Part shown: positions 37,609 through 52,124 of the stretch, piece by piece
How the letters are laid out: the number at the start of each line of letters is the position of its first letter
Numbering within the stretch: the stretch's first letter is position 1
Assembly: GCA_964016885.1 (NCBI GenBank)
Contig: OZ024759.1
Coordinates: 23,188,001-23,252,000 of the forward strand
Direction of reading: 5' to 3'
DNA length: 64,000 nucleotides
Source of the DNA: Eledone cirrhosa
Taxonomy: Eukaryota
Notes under the pieces: model-generated
Databases searched by the model: none
Told to the model about the DNA's origin: nothing
The model's input: the letters and a program-made list of their open reading frames with translations, nothing else
Made by a program: the position numbers and the translations under genes

Positions 37609-38619
37609 CAAAGATTATTTCATAAACATTTTATGAGCCAATATTATTTTTTTCTTTCTTTTTTTTTTTTATCATGTTATCTTTTATTTTACGATAATTA
37701 GATGGATAAGAATAACAGAAATAGCACAACCCCCGCCCCAAATAACAATACATAATTAGTAACAAACAAATACAATTAAGAAAATATTAATTAAAAACAA
37801 AATGATATCGCATTTTCCGGTTTATAATACACTTTTTTTTTTGCCCACAAATTTGATGTTAAAATACCTGCTTTGTATACTTCCAATAATAATGATTTCT
37901 TAAATAGGCACAAGGCCAGCAATTTTGGGGAAGGGGAAAGTCGATTAAATCGACTCCAGTGCGTGACTGGTACTTTATTTTATCGACCCCGTAAGGATGA
38001 AAGGCAAAGTTAACCTCGGTGGGATTTGAACTCAGAATGGAAAGTGCCGTATTCTGAGTTCAAATCCAACTTCCACGTTTTACTTTAAAATAGGGTCACG
38101 TTTTATATTTTAGAATGTATATATGTAGAAGAGAATATTAATTTTATTATATAAACGCTTTACTTCAAAATAGGGCTGTGTTTTTTTTTAATTAGGAACG
38201 TACAAATAGAATTAAATATTAATTAGCTTTTGTTATAAACTTATATCTTCAAAATAGGGTTGTATTATTTAATCTGGAATGTATAGGTAAAATAGAATAA
38301 CATTTTTTATATAAACTTCTATCTCCAAAATATATATCTTGAAGTGTATAAGTGTGGGTGAAAATGATTTAAAAAAAATTTTTTATTTAGAAATTTTTTT
38401 ATTCAAAATAAAGCTGCGTCTTATATTCCGGAAAACTACAGTATTTGGTTGCAGAACACGACTTGTGATTTATGTTGAATGTAAATAATTGTTTCTACTT
38501 TAGGCACAAGGCCAGCAATTACCCAGTGCATTACTGGTACTTTATTTTATTTATGTTGAATGTAAATAATGTGAGTAGTGGTTAAACGAAGTCCGTAGTC
38601 AAATTGATGGATGATTTTG

Positions 38620-38680
38620 TTAATAGTAAACATTGGAGTATGTATTATCCAAATTTAATCCCCCATTATTCTTCTTGTTC
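38620..38680 (-). CDS. VWDE-like membrane protein, terminal exon (cytoplasmic tail WNKKNNGGLNLDNTYSNVYY*)
   Basis: Acceptor ttttcacag|G; phase 2 matches the upstream TM exon; TAA at 38622-38620. Confidence 0.65.
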
Positions 38681-39399
38681 CTGTGAAAAGATAATTGAAA
38701 AGATTATGAGCGTTTTTTTGTGAAGTCTATTGGTTGTGGTAGATTTGAAGAATAAGTAAACACAAGTACCAAAATACTAATTTAATAACAAATTAGCGGT
38801 GCCTTCGCATGGCCTCAACATGTCAACTGGAATGCGTAATAGAATAATAGTTTTACTTCACTTCCCAAAAGATACAAATTGATAATGTTCAATGTCACAG
38901 AGCGTCAGACACCATGCTTTGCAGCACAGAGTTATGGCCCTTTACGTTCCGAGTTCAAATCCTGCCAAGGTTAACTTTGCCTTTTTAACCTTATGGGGTT
39001 AATAAAATAAAACACCAGTAATGTACTGGAGTAATTGCTGGCCTTGTGCCAAAAGTAGAAAAAATTATTATTTCAGCTTTGAGTACAAGGCCAGACTTTT
39101 GAATGGAAAGGTAAAAATTGATTAAATTGACTCCAATGTGTTACTGGTACTTTATTTTATTGACCCCGTAAGGATGGAAAGCATAGCTAACTTCAACAGG
39201 ATTTGAACTTAAAACGTAAGAGGTTGTAACTATTATATACGCTGCAAAAATCACTAACGTTTCTGCCAATCTGACACACTACCTTCTAACATCATCATCA
39301 TTGGGAATTGTCCCACTTGAGGCAAGATTGGTCGGGTGTTTGGCAGATTTTCTATGGCTGGATGCCCTTCATAACTCATGATTGAAATATATATGTAAG

Positions 39400-39448
<49 letters not shown>

Positions 39449-40862
39449 TGTTTCTACTTTTGGCACAAGGCCAGCAATTACCTAGTGCATTACTGGTACT
39501 TTATTTTATCGACCCCGTAAGGATGAAAGGCAAAGTCAACCTCGGCGGGATTTGAACTCAGATCGTAAAGGGACGTAACTATGCTGGACAGCATGGCGTC
39601 CGACCCTCTACCGATACTGCCAAAATAATATATATAAATAATATATGTTTTAGGTAATTCTGAAGGAAAAGCAAAGGAAAAGAGAGTGCTCTATGTATAG
39701 AACAGAGCTATTTAATTAGAGAGTGAACAACTCAAAATATAACTACTCCATTACCAAAGGTTTCTGGATCACAGACGATAATAATATAATATACGACTGG
39801 ATCGGTCATCAGACAGAGAAGTTATATTACATCTCTGTTCACTTTCTAATTAAATATATAAAGAATATAATATATTAGACCACTCGTGACCTGTTAGGTC
39901 ACGTTCACTTCAAAATATTTTTTAGAAATCATGTTCACTTAATAATTTTTAAATATTTAAAATATACAGAGGCATGTATATAATGTGAAATGAAACTGGA
40001 AGGCCCGTATATATATATATATACGTGTGTGTATGTATATATATAAATGTGTGTGTTGGTATATATATATATATAGTAATAATAATAAATTTGAAGACTA
40101 AAATCCAAAGAGGGCTCGATAAGGATAAATATATATCAAATATATAAGAACCGTAGAGCAAATATTTATTAAAATAACAGATTAAAGTTTAAGCAGCGAT
40201 TCGTTGCTTAAACTTTAATCTGTTATTTTAATAAATATATATATATATGTATGTGTGTGTGTATATATATATCTATGTGGGTGTCTGTGATCTATATACA
40301 CTGGTCATAGACACGCATACACATATATATATACACACACACACTCACGTATATATATGTATATCTATATACACACAACAACACCACCAGCTCTCTTCCA
40401 TTCTCCTTCTCTGTCTCCTCTCCCTCTCTCTATGTCTCTCTTTCAATCTACTCTCTCACAACCACTATCTCTTCCACTCTATCTTTCTCTCTCTTTGTTT
40501 ATGAAGGTACCCAGTAAAACCCATATCTTGGAAACCCATGGTCCGATTTACGCAAAACTTGTTTTATTCCATTTGTATTCCCATTTCAGGGCCAGCTTCC
40601 TTTCAAAGTATTTTCCCATTATGCACCGTTTCGGTTGTATTACATTACAGACAAGCAGGCAAGCAATCAATCACAGAGTTTTAGTAATATATATATAGAT
40701 ATGTTTCTTTTTTAGCCACAGGGGCACAAAAGAAGGGGACAAATACAAAGGGAGAAGTTTACATACAATAAAAACGTGTAAAATATTATCACAAATGCAA
40801 TTTAAAAATTAGTAATATATATATAGATAGATAGATATAAATTTAAATAATTTTAGATGCCA

Positions 40863-41165
40863 TAGAAAATTAAAGGTGCCAAGATAACGATACAATTTTA
40901 CCTTAGCAAATTTAATTATTCCAAATGTTTTGGGGTTTAAAAACCCATTATCAACTAGTCAACTGGTCCGTTAAGACCTTCACAAGGATACTCCTTTGAT
41001 AATGGGTTTTTAAACCTGAAAATATTTGGGATAATTAAATTTGCTAAGGTAAAATTCTATTGTTATCTTGACATCTTTAATTTTCTAATGCATTGTATGG
41101 CTTTTAAAATTATTATAATTTATATTTCCTATTCAACAATGCTTCAAGCAAAGTACAACTCTCTG

Positions 41166-41170
<5 letters not shown>
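40863..41170. mobile_element. Foldback element with degenerate hammerhead-like core
   Basis: ~90-bp inverted arms; tcct-TTGATAA-TGGGT tttta AACCT-GAAA-ATAT-TT-ggga; tail then (TA)n. Confidence 0.6.
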
Positions 41171-41234
<64 letters not shown>

Positions 41235-41336
41235 AATAATATAAATATATATATAAATAATATTACAAGTTTAAACTATAATTGTCTTCAGAACTGACAA
41301 GCGACAACAGCAACAAAAATATTTTATAAATCTTAC

Positions 41337-41451
41337 CATTTGACAATGAAAACGATAAAAGCCAAAGTCAAAACCAGGACCACCACAGCTACAACAATTC
41401 CAATAATAACCAATGTTTCATGTGTTTCCAAATTGGAACCACAGTTCGTAT
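41337..41451 (-). CDS. VWDE-like membrane protein, transmembrane exon (DTNCGSNLETHETLVIIGIVVAVVVLVLTLAFIVFIVK)
   Basis: ataccag|AT...TG|gtaaga; ~24-residue hydrophobic segment; phases 1 to 2 fit neighbouring exons. Confidence 0.85.
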
Positions 41452-41790
41452 CTGGTATAGAAAAGAAAAAATAACATTAAAAAAAACTGATTTATTTATT
41501 CATCTAATTAATTTAAAAGTAATAGGTTGTGAATTGGCAGAGTTGTTAGAACATCGGATAGAATGCTTTGAGGTATTTGTTCCGGCTCTCTGACCTCTCA
41601 GTTCTAATCCCGCTGAGGTCAACTTTGCCTTTCATCCTTTCAAGGTCTATAAAAGAAGTACCAGTCTAGTACTGGGGTCAATTCTTCCTCTATATCTCTT
41701 TCTCATTTTCTCTCTGATACTTTCTATCTTTCTCTGGAAGAAATCTGTTGTACACAGACCTGGAGAGAAGTGGTGCTCTGCCAGGCTTAA

Positions 41791-42011
41791 CCCTTTAGCA
41801 TTTAAACCTGCCATATCCGGCCAGAATTCCTTCACCTCTTTCTGTTCAAACTGGCTGTAACTAGCTGCATATACTGATGTTAAGATATTGTTCTCAAAGT
41901 AAACAATATGAAAATCTCCTAGATTCAATATTATGTGACATAATTATGTGCAGTAAAAACTTCACCATGAACATATAATAGTAAATATAGAGTAATGTAA
42001 AAGCTAAAGGG
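41791..42011. mobile_element. piggyBac-type MITE inserted at TTAA inside a SINE; another copy at 54251-54470
   Basis: TTAA|CCCTTTAGCATTTA...GCTAAAGGG|TTAA; host SINE sequence resumes after the TSD. Confidence 0.8.
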
Positions 42012-42314
42012 TTAAAATGCCCCAGAAACGCCATATGTCAAGACAGTGGCCCTATGACTATCAGGAGTTACAGGACCATACATACATAGAGTTAGTATGA
42101 GTGTCTGCTGCTGAAAGGTTTATAGGCTATGAAGCAGTGATGCTAGAGCTGTTTGTTAAATCTTGCATGCATTAAATTCAACTCTTGTTTGTATATATAT
42201 CTGTGTGTGCATATATATGTATATATATATATATAGCAGCGATGAATTAGTTTAGCGAGTGTGTTCTGTTATTAATTCTGGCAATATTACGCAAATATGA
42301 CCCTCCCCAAATAT

Positions 42315-42352
<38 letters not shown>

Positions 42353-43121
42353 ACGTACATACATATATGTATACAGACGTACAGTAGTATGTATATATAT
42401 ACATACTACTGTACGTCTGTATACATATATGTATGTATGTCAGGTCACCAGTTGGTGCTACTGGTAACATGTATCCCAGTACAACCTGTCTCATGGTCGG
42501 GTCGTTGGCGACTAAACTGGCAACCCCACCAAGGTTTCTTGGTGAGGTGGGTGACTTTGGACATCCTGCAGGACTAAAAACAAAACCTGTCAAAGGGCAA
42601 AGGAGCTCTTAAGAGTCAATGGCCATCCAAAATCACCGGGAGAGATGACCACTTAGCCTTTGTCAAGGCAGAATTCTAGGAGAAGGAAAACTCTGATATA
42701 ACACCTGCAACCCTGATGGTATCCAATGATGTTGACTTGTTCTTCTTTTTGGTAAATATCATCTTGGTTAAGAGAGTGGGACTGGCTTTGTGCAGTGCCT
42801 TTGCTCACTATAAAAGCTTCACGGCACAGGCATTGCTTTATATCTGGAGATCTCTCTGCACTTGTCGTCACATGATACCTTGGGCCCAACACTATGTGTC
42901 AATAATTGTCACAGGTGTAGTGTTTGTACCAGAGTTTTCAAGTCGCCGGCTGGACTAAAAAGTCACACTCGTTCAGCGCATCGGTAGGGGTTCTCCTACA
43001 TGGATATAAAGTAGTGGCCGTACTCGAAAACGATTTGGCAGCCACCATGTACGTATACATACTTATATTTAAGTAACAGCCATACAAAGAGTGAGAAATG
43101 AAATTTTGTTTCATTTTTTCC

Positions 43122-43176
<55 letters not shown>

Positions 43177-43497
43177 GACATATAGACATGAGAGTCAGCT
43201 GAAAAGATCAAATGGTGACTATGAAGCAGTGATGTTAGAGCTGTTGGTTAAATCTTGCATGCATTAAATCCAACTCATCTTATTATTAACTGCGATAACA
43301 CTTTAGCATTTACATTACTCTATATTTACAATTATATTTTCATGGTAAAATCTTTACCTCACCTAATTATCTCACATAATATCGAATATATGATATTTTT
43401 ATCTTATCTATTTTTAGAACAATACCTTAACATCAGTTTGAGTAGCTAATTACAGCGGCCGGTTTAAATACATAAAGGTTAACACATATACATACAT

Positions 43498-43564
<67 letters not shown>

Positions 43565-43618
43565 CTTACATAATATATATATATATATATATACACATAC
43601 TTACATACATATATATAT

Positions 43619-43653
<35 letters not shown>

Positions 43654-43781
43654 AACATACATACATACATATATGTACGCTTACATACACATACATCTAT
43701 ATATATCCGGGAGCTTCCAACAGAAAGGGTCGCATTCTTTAAGGGTATGTCAATATTTATTTATAAAACTGCTCTATATTA

Positions 43782-43846
43782 TATTTTATCTGATGAAAGC
43801 ACACCATAATTTAACTTGGTGTCCTTGAAATATGTATAATGAAATA
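43782..43846 (+). ncRNA. Type I hammerhead ribozyme candidate in a ~270-bp element (43708-43980)
   Basis: TATTTTAT-CTGATGA-AAGCACACCA...TGGTGTCCTT-GAAA-TATGTA-TA-ATGAAATA; stem II differs from the 22144 family member but still pairs. Confidence 0.65.
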
Positions 43847-43979
43847 AATATGGTTTTATAAATATAGTTTCCATTTGTTAATATATTGTATTTTTACTCC
43901 AATAATTTGTTGAGTGCTTTATATCAGTTATAAAAATATTTGCTTGTTGTATCCCAACAATTTAAATAGAACTTCTACA

Positions 43980-44050
43980 TATATATATATACACATACAT
44001 ACACATACATCTATATATATACACATACATACACATACATATATATATAT

Positions 44051-44082
<32 letters not shown>

Positions 44083-44645
44083 ACATACATACACATACAT
44101 CTATATATATATACACATACATACACATACATATATATATATACACATATATATATATATACACATACATACACATACATCTATATATATACACATACAT
44201 ACACATACATATATATATATATACACATATATATATATATATACACATACATATATATATATATATATACACATACATACATATATATATATATATACAC
44301 ATACATACATACATATATATACACACATACATATATATACATTTATATACACATACATATATACATATGCATATACACGCATTATATATATATATATATA
44401 TACATATATACACATATATATATATATATACACATACATATAGACATATATATATATATATATATATATGCACATACATATATATATATACATATATATA
44501 TGCACATACATATATACACACACATATATATACACACACATATATATAAATATACACATTCATATATATATATATACACACATACATATATATATATATA
44601 CACACACATACATACATATATATACACATACATACATATATATAC

Positions 44646-44698
<53 letters not shown>

Positions 44699-44722
44699 TA
44701 CATACATATATATACACATACA

Positions 44723-44766
<44 letters not shown>

Positions 44767-44800
44767 CAATACATATATATACACACATACATACATACAA
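43980..44800. repeat. Long compound (TA)/(CA)/(TACA) microsatellite; similar tracts at 30360-30845, 37440-37605, 46230-46650 and 50197-50590
   Basis: Direct inspection. Confidence 0.95.
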
Positions 44801-44801
44801 A

Positions 44802-45460
44802 TATCATCATCATTATCATCATTTTACGTCCGCTTTTCCCTTCTTGCAAGTGTGGTACGGGTCGTATTCAGCACAGCATCTCTCCACTTGTCACGGTCCT
44901 TCGTCATCTCCTCGGTGAGTTTCATCGATCTGAGGTCTGCTCTCACCACCTCCGCCCATGTTTTTCATGGTCTACCTGTACTGCATCTTCCCTCCACCGA
45001 GACTTCCCGGCACTTCTTCACCCAGTGGCCATCCTCCATGTGCATCACATGTCCATACCATCTCAGCCTTCCCTCCTGCACACCACAACTTATCCCTCTT
45101 ATACCCAGTTTCTTTCTCACCTCGTCTATGCATGGTCGTTCACGCACATTGACATTGTACATCCAATGGAGCATACTTGCTTCATTTCTCTCTAGCCATC
45201 GCATTTCTTCTGCAGTTGCTGCCCATGTTTCACTACCATGCAGCATCGTGCATCTCACACAGGCATCATATAACCAGCCTTTCGTACGCAGGGAGAAACC
45301 TTTCTTTGTCAACAGAGGAAGCAGCTCCCTAAACTTCTTCCAACCCGTCCTTATTCGAGATACTATGGCCTTGGAACACCCCACTCCCATGCTTATCTGA
45401 TCACCTAGGTACCGGAAGCTATCAACCATTTCTATAGAACCCACCTGCATTGGAAAAATT
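44802..45460 (-). mobile_element. RTE-clade LINE 3' fragment
   Basis: SIEMVDSFRYLGD...[16 protein letters not shown]...MLHGSETWA...[12 protein letters not shown]; (CAT)n tail. Confidence 0.9.
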
Positions 45461-46582
45461 AATCTATACACATATACACATACATACATATATATATATA
45501 TATATATGGTGGCTGCCAACTCATTTTCGAGTACGGCTATTACTTTATATCCATGTACGAGAACCCCTACCGATGTGCTAAACAAGTGTGACGTTTTAGT
45601 CCAGCCAGCGACATGAAAACTCTGGTACAAACACTACACCTGTGACAATTATTGACACATAGTGCTGGGCCCATAGTACCATGTGACGACAAGTGCAGAG
45701 AGATCTCCAGATATAAAGCAATGCCTGTGCCGTGAAGCTTTTATAGTGAGCAAAGGCACTGCACAAAGCCAGTCCCACTCTCTTGACCAAGATGATATTT
45801 ACCAAAAAGAAGAACAAGTCAACATCATTGGATACCATCAGGTTTGCAGGTGTTATATCAGAGTTTTCCTTCTCCTAAAATTCTGCCTTCACAAAGGCTA
45901 AGGGGTCATCTCTCCCTACATATATACATACATATATATATACACATGGAGGCTGCCAACTCATTTTCGAGTACGGCCACTACTTTATATCCATGTAGGA
46001 GAACCCCTACCGATGCGCTGAACGAGTGTGACTTTTTAGTCCAGCCAGCGACTTGAATACTCTGGTACAAACACTATACTTGTGACAATTATTGACACAT
46101 AGTGCTGGGCCCATGGTACCATGTAACGACAAGTGCAGAGAGATCTCCAGATATAAAGCAATGCCTGTGCCGTGAAGCTTTTATAGTGAGCAAAGGCAGT
46201 GTACAAAGCCAGTCCCACTCTCTTAACCACATACATACATATATACATACATATACATATATATATGTATACACATACATACATATATATATACACATAC
46301 ATACATATATATATACACATACATACATACATATATATATACACATACATATATATATATATATATACACACATACATACATACATATATATATATATAT
46401 ACGCATACATACAAATATATATATACACATACATATATATATATATATGCACACATATATATATATATATATATATACACATACATACGCATACATACAT
46501 ATATATATATATACACATACATATATATATACACATACATACATATATGTATACACATACATACATATACATACATACATAC

Positions 46583-46647
<65 letters not shown>

Positions 46648-46654
46648 CTTATAT

Positions 46655-47045
46655 GGAGGCACATGACTTAGTGGTTAGAACATTGGGCTTGCAATCGAAA
46701 GGTTGTGTGTTCAATTCTCAGACCGGGTGATGTGTTGTTTCTTGAGCAAGACACTTTATTTTACATTGCTCCAGTTTACTCAGCTGTAGAAATGAGATGA
46801 TAGGACTGGGGTCTCTATCATTCCACTGCAAAGTGGTCGTGGAGGTGCCATGGCAAAAAAGCACTCAGCCCACACTGTAAAGTGGACGTGTAGGGGCCAC
46901 GGAAAAAAAAAAGCACCCAGCACTCACTGTAAATGAGGTTGATGTTAGGAAGGGCATCCAGCTGTAGAAATCAAGCCAGAATCAATTCCCGTCCCACCCT
47001 TGCAAGCAGGGAAAAGTGGACGTAAAATGATGATGATGATGATGA
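46655..47045 (+). mobile_element. tRNA-derived SINE with RTE-like 3' tail (copies at ~50591-50910 and 63662-64000; partial at 9640, 16510 and 48367)
   Basis: ggaggcacatg(a/g)cttagtggttaga...gttcaattc head, cttgagcaagacacttt core, ends ggacgtaaaa(tga)n like the RTE 3' ends in this window. Confidence 0.8.
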
Positions 47046-47131
47046 TATATATATGCATATATATACATATGTAGATAATCCTACACAGGCATAGAGACTG
47101 ATACCTAGTTAAGACGTTGATGGTGAATTAC

Positions 47132-47246
47132 CTGCAAGATGACTCCATTCCGTACGACTGAATACTGGATCACAGATTTCACAGTTGATATTGGTTGGAT
47201 TACTTTCCCCTTGAGAATAGAAAAGTCCATCTACTAGACAGCAAGT
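47132..47246 (-). CDS. VWDE-like membrane protein exon (TCCLVDGLFYSQGESNPTNINCEICDPVFSRTEWSHLA)
   Basis: ttacacag|ACT...GCA G|gtaatt; phase 0 to 1 bridges its neighbours; Cys-rich C.(I/V)DG..Y..G..NP...C..C.P..S...W motif. Confidence 0.88.
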
Positions 47247-47329
47247 CTGTGTAAGAAGAAGAAGAAAAAAAAAAAAAAATAATTAACTATTTAGCATTTA
47301 CATTAATCTATATTTACACATAGGTTGGT

Positions 47330-47930
47330 GAAAACCTCATAGGCTGATTATAGCAGCTGTGAAATCTTGCATGCATAAATTTCAACTCTTATCAATAACT
47401 GGATTGTTTCTTTCCAGGGACTATATTGAAAAATACACCTCATTTGGTCATTCCATGAGAGTATCTTGGTCAGCTTATAAAGGAGTGATGCTAGAGCTGT
47501 GAAATCTTGCATGCATTCATTTCAACTCTTCTTATTAATAACTGGATTGTTTCTTTCCAGGGACTATGTTGAAAAATACACCTCATTTGGTCATTCCATG
47601 AGAGAATCTTGGTCAGCTTATAAAGGAGTGATGCTAGAGCTGTGAAATCTTGCATGCATTCATTTCAACTCTTCTTATTAATAACTGGATTGTTTCTTTC
47701 CAGGGACTATGTTGAAAAATACACCTCATTTGGTCATTCCATGAGAGTATCTTGGTCAGCTTATAAAGGAGTGATGCTAGAGCTGTGAAATCTTGCATGC
47801 ATTTATTTCAACTCTTCTTATTAATAACTGGATTGTTTCTTTCCAGGGACTATGTTAAAAAATACACCTCATTTGGTCATTCCATGAGAGTATCTTGGTC
47901 CTTGGTCAGCCTATGAACCTTTCAGCTGAC
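47330..47930. repeat. 143-bp tandem repeat (~4 copies) within a MITE-like element; same array at ~55515-56065
   Basis: ataact(g)gattg at 47395, 47538, 47681, 47824 and at 55605, 55748, 55891, 56034. Confidence 0.9.
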
Positions 47931-48057
47931 CATGCTACTTTCTAACAAAACACTGTCTGTCTCGGCAGAATCTTGCAAAAACAAATAAAATACAAAACAA
48001 ACCCCCTAAAAAAAACAAGAAAAAGAAAAAAATGGAAATAGTATTTAGTACACCAAC

Positions 48058-48315
48058 CTGCATGACTGTGCAGTATGTTGAGATCTGGTCTGAAGTTATA
48101 CCTTCAAAAATAGTTTCATTACAGATAACACATTTCTGCACATTCGTAGTAAGATAGACGCCAACAGTTTCACTTATTTGTTGGCCTAATATCAACTTGA
48201 CATAAACATTCTGTTGACTATTGAGAGGGCAGTTGATGTTAAACTGTGTAATGAAAGCACCGTCGACTTCCTCTTTAGTAGAACCAGCTACAATTTTTAA
48301 TTCATCGGTGCTTAC
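48058..48315 (-). CDS. VWDE-like membrane protein exon (VSTDELKIVAG...TTNVQKCVICNETIFEGITSDQISTYCTVMQ)
   Basis: ttatctag|GTA...CAG|gttggt; 86 open codons, phase 0 to 0. Confidence 0.82.
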
Positions 48316-48714
48316 CTAGATAAAGAAACCAGAAAGGAGAAGCAAAATGTCAATTATCATTTTATATCAGTTTACTCAGCTGTAGAAATGAGATGATAGG
48401 GACTGGGGTCCCTATCATTCCACTGCAAAGTTGTCGTGGAGGTACCATGGCAAAAAAGCACCCAGCACTCACTGTTGTAAATGAGGTTGGTGTTAGGAAG
48501 GGCATCCAGCTGTAGAAATCAAGCCAGAATCAGTTCCCGTCCCACCCTTGCAAGCAGGGAAAAGTGGACGTAAAATGAAATGATGATGAAATGATGATGA
48601 TGATCTAGGCATCATCATCATCATCATGACTACCACCATTACCCAATATTACCACTACTACCACCACCGTCATCATCACTATCACGACTATGATAAACAC
48701 ATATATATATATGT

Positions 48715-48915
48715 AATAAATATTTATTAAAATAACAGATTAAAGTTTAAGCAAAGAATCGCTGCTTTCACCCTTAACGGGATCTTCAGAAGATTCTTTA
48801 CTTAAACTTTAATATGTTATTTTAATAAATGTTTGCTCTACGGTTCTTATATATTTGATATATATTTATCCTTATCGAGCTCTCTTTGGATTTTAGACTT
48901 CAAATTTATTATTAT
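48715..48915. mobile_element. Foldback element with partial hammerhead core; family member inverted at ~40080-40240
   Basis: Arms atttattaaaataacagattaaagtttaag and its reverse complement; minus strand CTGAAGA-TCCC gttaa GGGT-GAAA. Confidence 0.6.
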
Positions 48916-48926
48916 TACTATATATG

Positions 48927-50195
48927 TCATCATCATCATCATCATCGTTTAACGTCCATCTTCCACGCTTGCATGGGTTTGGACGGGAATTTTCCCACTT
49001 CAGGCAAGATTGGTTGTCTTGCTCGTATAGGACTGTCTGGCGGGTTTTCTATGGCTAGATGCCCTTCCTAACACCAACCACGTTTACAGTGTGGACTGGG
49101 AGGTTTTTACCGTGTTACCTACGCGGCCACATTACAGCGTGAACTGTGTGTTTTTTTTTTGTCGTGACACCTACACGACCTCATTTATTTCGGACTGGAT
49201 GTTGTGGTACCAACATAACATTACATCGAAAGGGGTGGTATGGATGGAGTGGGGGTAGTGGGACGGGGTATATTTTTGTTAAGAGGTGCCTACTGACTGT
49301 AGGTTTCGCTTTGTACTTAGGCAAGGCGGGTCTTCTGTATTACTGTGTAGCGCCAAAGATCTCGGTCCAGTGACATTGTCTTGGAGAGGTGTAAGTGTGT
49401 GAGGTCGGAATTTATCAAGTCGTCCCAGGTTTTTCTGGGTCTGCCTACTCCGTGGCTACCGTCTATTTTTATCGCCCTGCACTTTTTTATACAGCTGTCA
49501 TCTTTCATGCGCATCATGTGACCATACCAACGTAGTCTTCCCTCGAGTAAACAACATCTGATCGCTCTTATTCCTAATTTCTCCCTTAGTTCATTTATGC
49601 TTTGCCGTTGACGTATATTACTATTACACATCCAACAGCGCATGCAAGCTTCGTTCCTCTCTAGTCTGCGTATATCCTCTGCACACAATGCCCAGGTCTC
49701 ACTGCCATGCAACATTGCTGTTTGTATGCAGGCATCATACAGCCTGCCTTTCATTTTTAGAGAGAAACCTTTAGCGGCCCATAGTGGTGTAAGCTCTCTG
49801 AACTTTTTCCATCCAGTTCTGACTCTAGCTACTGTACTTTCAGAGCACCCTCCACCACTGCTGATTTTGTCACCCAGGTAACAGAAGGTGTCCACTATTT
49901 CTATAGAACCATCTATATAATGGAATGAGCTAGTATTGTATGGGCACTTGCTGCTACTTATTGCACCTGAGCACCGGCCACATATAAAATCTATATTCTT
50001 AGTTAGCTTACCTGTGATCCCACTACATCTTTTATGCACCCATACTTTGCATTTGGGACATAAAATGGAGTTTCTGCCTACTCCTTTCCTACACACTGAG
50101 CATGGCCATTTCCCAGATGGGACCAGTGCCCTATTTTCCTTCCTACAAACTAGAACTTTAGTCTTAGACAGGTTAATTTTAAGGCCTTTTGATTC
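48927..50195 (-). mobile_element. RTE-clade LINE 3' fragment (ORF 49317-50096 plus 3' UTR and (CAT)n tail)
   Basis: [30 protein letters not shown]...YLGD...MLHGSETW...[11 protein letters not shown]...GRPRKTW. Confidence 0.92.
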
Positions 50196-50488
50196 TATAT
50201 ATATATATATATTGTATATATATGTATATATTTGTGTATATATATATAAATATATTTGTATATAAATATATATCTGTATATATGTATTTATATGTATGTA
50301 TATATATGTATATATATATATATATGTATATATATATGTATATATATATATATATGTATATATATGTATATATATGTATATATATATATATATGTATGTA
50401 TATATATGTGTATATATGTATGTCTATATGTCTATATATGTATGTATATATGTCTACATATGTATATATATGTGTATATATGAAGGTA

Positions 50489-50593
<105 letters not shown>

Positions 50594-51028
50594 AGGCACA
50601 TGGCTTAGTGGTTAGAGCATTGGCCTTGCAATCGAAAGGTTGTGTGTTCAATTCTCAGACCGGGTGGTTTCCTTGAGCAAGACACTTTATTTCACATTGC
50701 TACTGTAGAAAAGATATGATAGGGACTGGGGTCCCTATCATTCCACTGTAAAGTGGTCGTGGAGGTGCCACAGCAAAAAAAAGCACCCAGCACTCACTGT
50801 AAACGAGGTTGGTGTTAGGAAGGACATCCAGCTGTAGAAATCAAGCCAGAATCAGTTCCCGTCCCACCCTTGCAAGCAGGGAAAAGTGGACGTAAAATGA
50901 TGATGATGATATATATGTATATACACACACACACACACAAACATATATATATCATTGTGCGTGTATATGAATGTGTGAGTTCATGTGTTTGCATATTTAT
51001 GTCTGTGTGTTTATCACATAATACTTAC

Positions 51029-51204
51029 GTCTATTTTCCAATATTGGCAAGCAATCTTTGAAGCATTATAGAAACTGTCACCTTCAATGTACAGGGTTGT
51101 ACAATTGTCTTTATTGCAGACAATAGGATTGGTCACGACTGGCTTGCGTCTCTTATCAATTGAACAAAACTCTCCACTGGAAAATTCATCACACTGACAC
51201 ACAC
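51029..51204 (-). CDS. VWDE-like membrane protein exon, C-terminal half of an EGF-like module (VCQCDEFSSGEFCSIDKRRKPVV...LYIEGDSFYNASKIACQYWKID)
   Basis: tcaaacag|GT...GAC|gtaagt; joins the previous exon to give CECVNNEPCENGVCQCDEFSSGEFC. Confidence 0.9.
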
Positions 51205-52088
51205 CTGTTTGAAAATAGAAAAATTAATGTACATGTCATCCACTTTACAGAGCGTACTAGGTGCTTGTTATTGCAGTGCGAGCACTATTACTTGACAGAG
51301 TGCACTGTACATTTAATGAACGTACCATAAGTAAAATTTTGCAGAGTGTATTGGGTACATTTTATTGTGGTACAATCACTACTAGTTTCTTGAGCATACT
51401 AGATGCATTTTATCATTGCTCCTACACTACCAATTTACATACATACATACCGTACATACATTCCAGAAATGTTGCATCTAATAGCTGCATATACACATGT
51501 ACAGATACAAAGCATATGCACATGCACACATACAACTCAAAACATACACATCCACACATACAATAACATCTATACCTACACATGCATGCATGCAGACATG
51601 CATACATATCTTCCTAGGTGATGAGAGACTCTTGTAACTAAGTTAGAAACGGACACTATCTCTATTGGCAAAAATTTGTGAAATTATAAAACCAGAAGAA
51701 CATACATACATATATGATGATGGCTGCCCCCTCGTTATCGAGTATGGCCATTGCATGATATACCATTATTAATAATTATTAATTAATTCTATCGTGCAAT
51801 GCCTGTGCATGAAAATATTTTTTAAAGTGAGGAAAGACTGTGCACTGAGCCAATCCCACTCTCTGAGTGACAGTAGCTATAACCCGAAAAGAAGAAAAGA
51901 TCAACATCATCGGTAACTATTGAGCTGCAGGTTTTATATCGGAGTTATCCCAGTTTCCTGAGTTGCCTTCTCCTAGAAGAATGCCCTGACAAAGGCTAGG
52001 GGTCCTTCACTCCCAGTGGTTTAACCACGCGATCGGGTGTCCAGGCCGACTATTTCTATGTCCCCGCGCATATACATACATACATACA

Positions 52089-52124
<36 letters not shown>

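Noticed and set aside
43914-46671. YI/HT/CV-rich ORFs of 100-310 aa
   Set aside because: Microsatellite translations; only the RTE portion (44965-45455) derives from real coding sequence.
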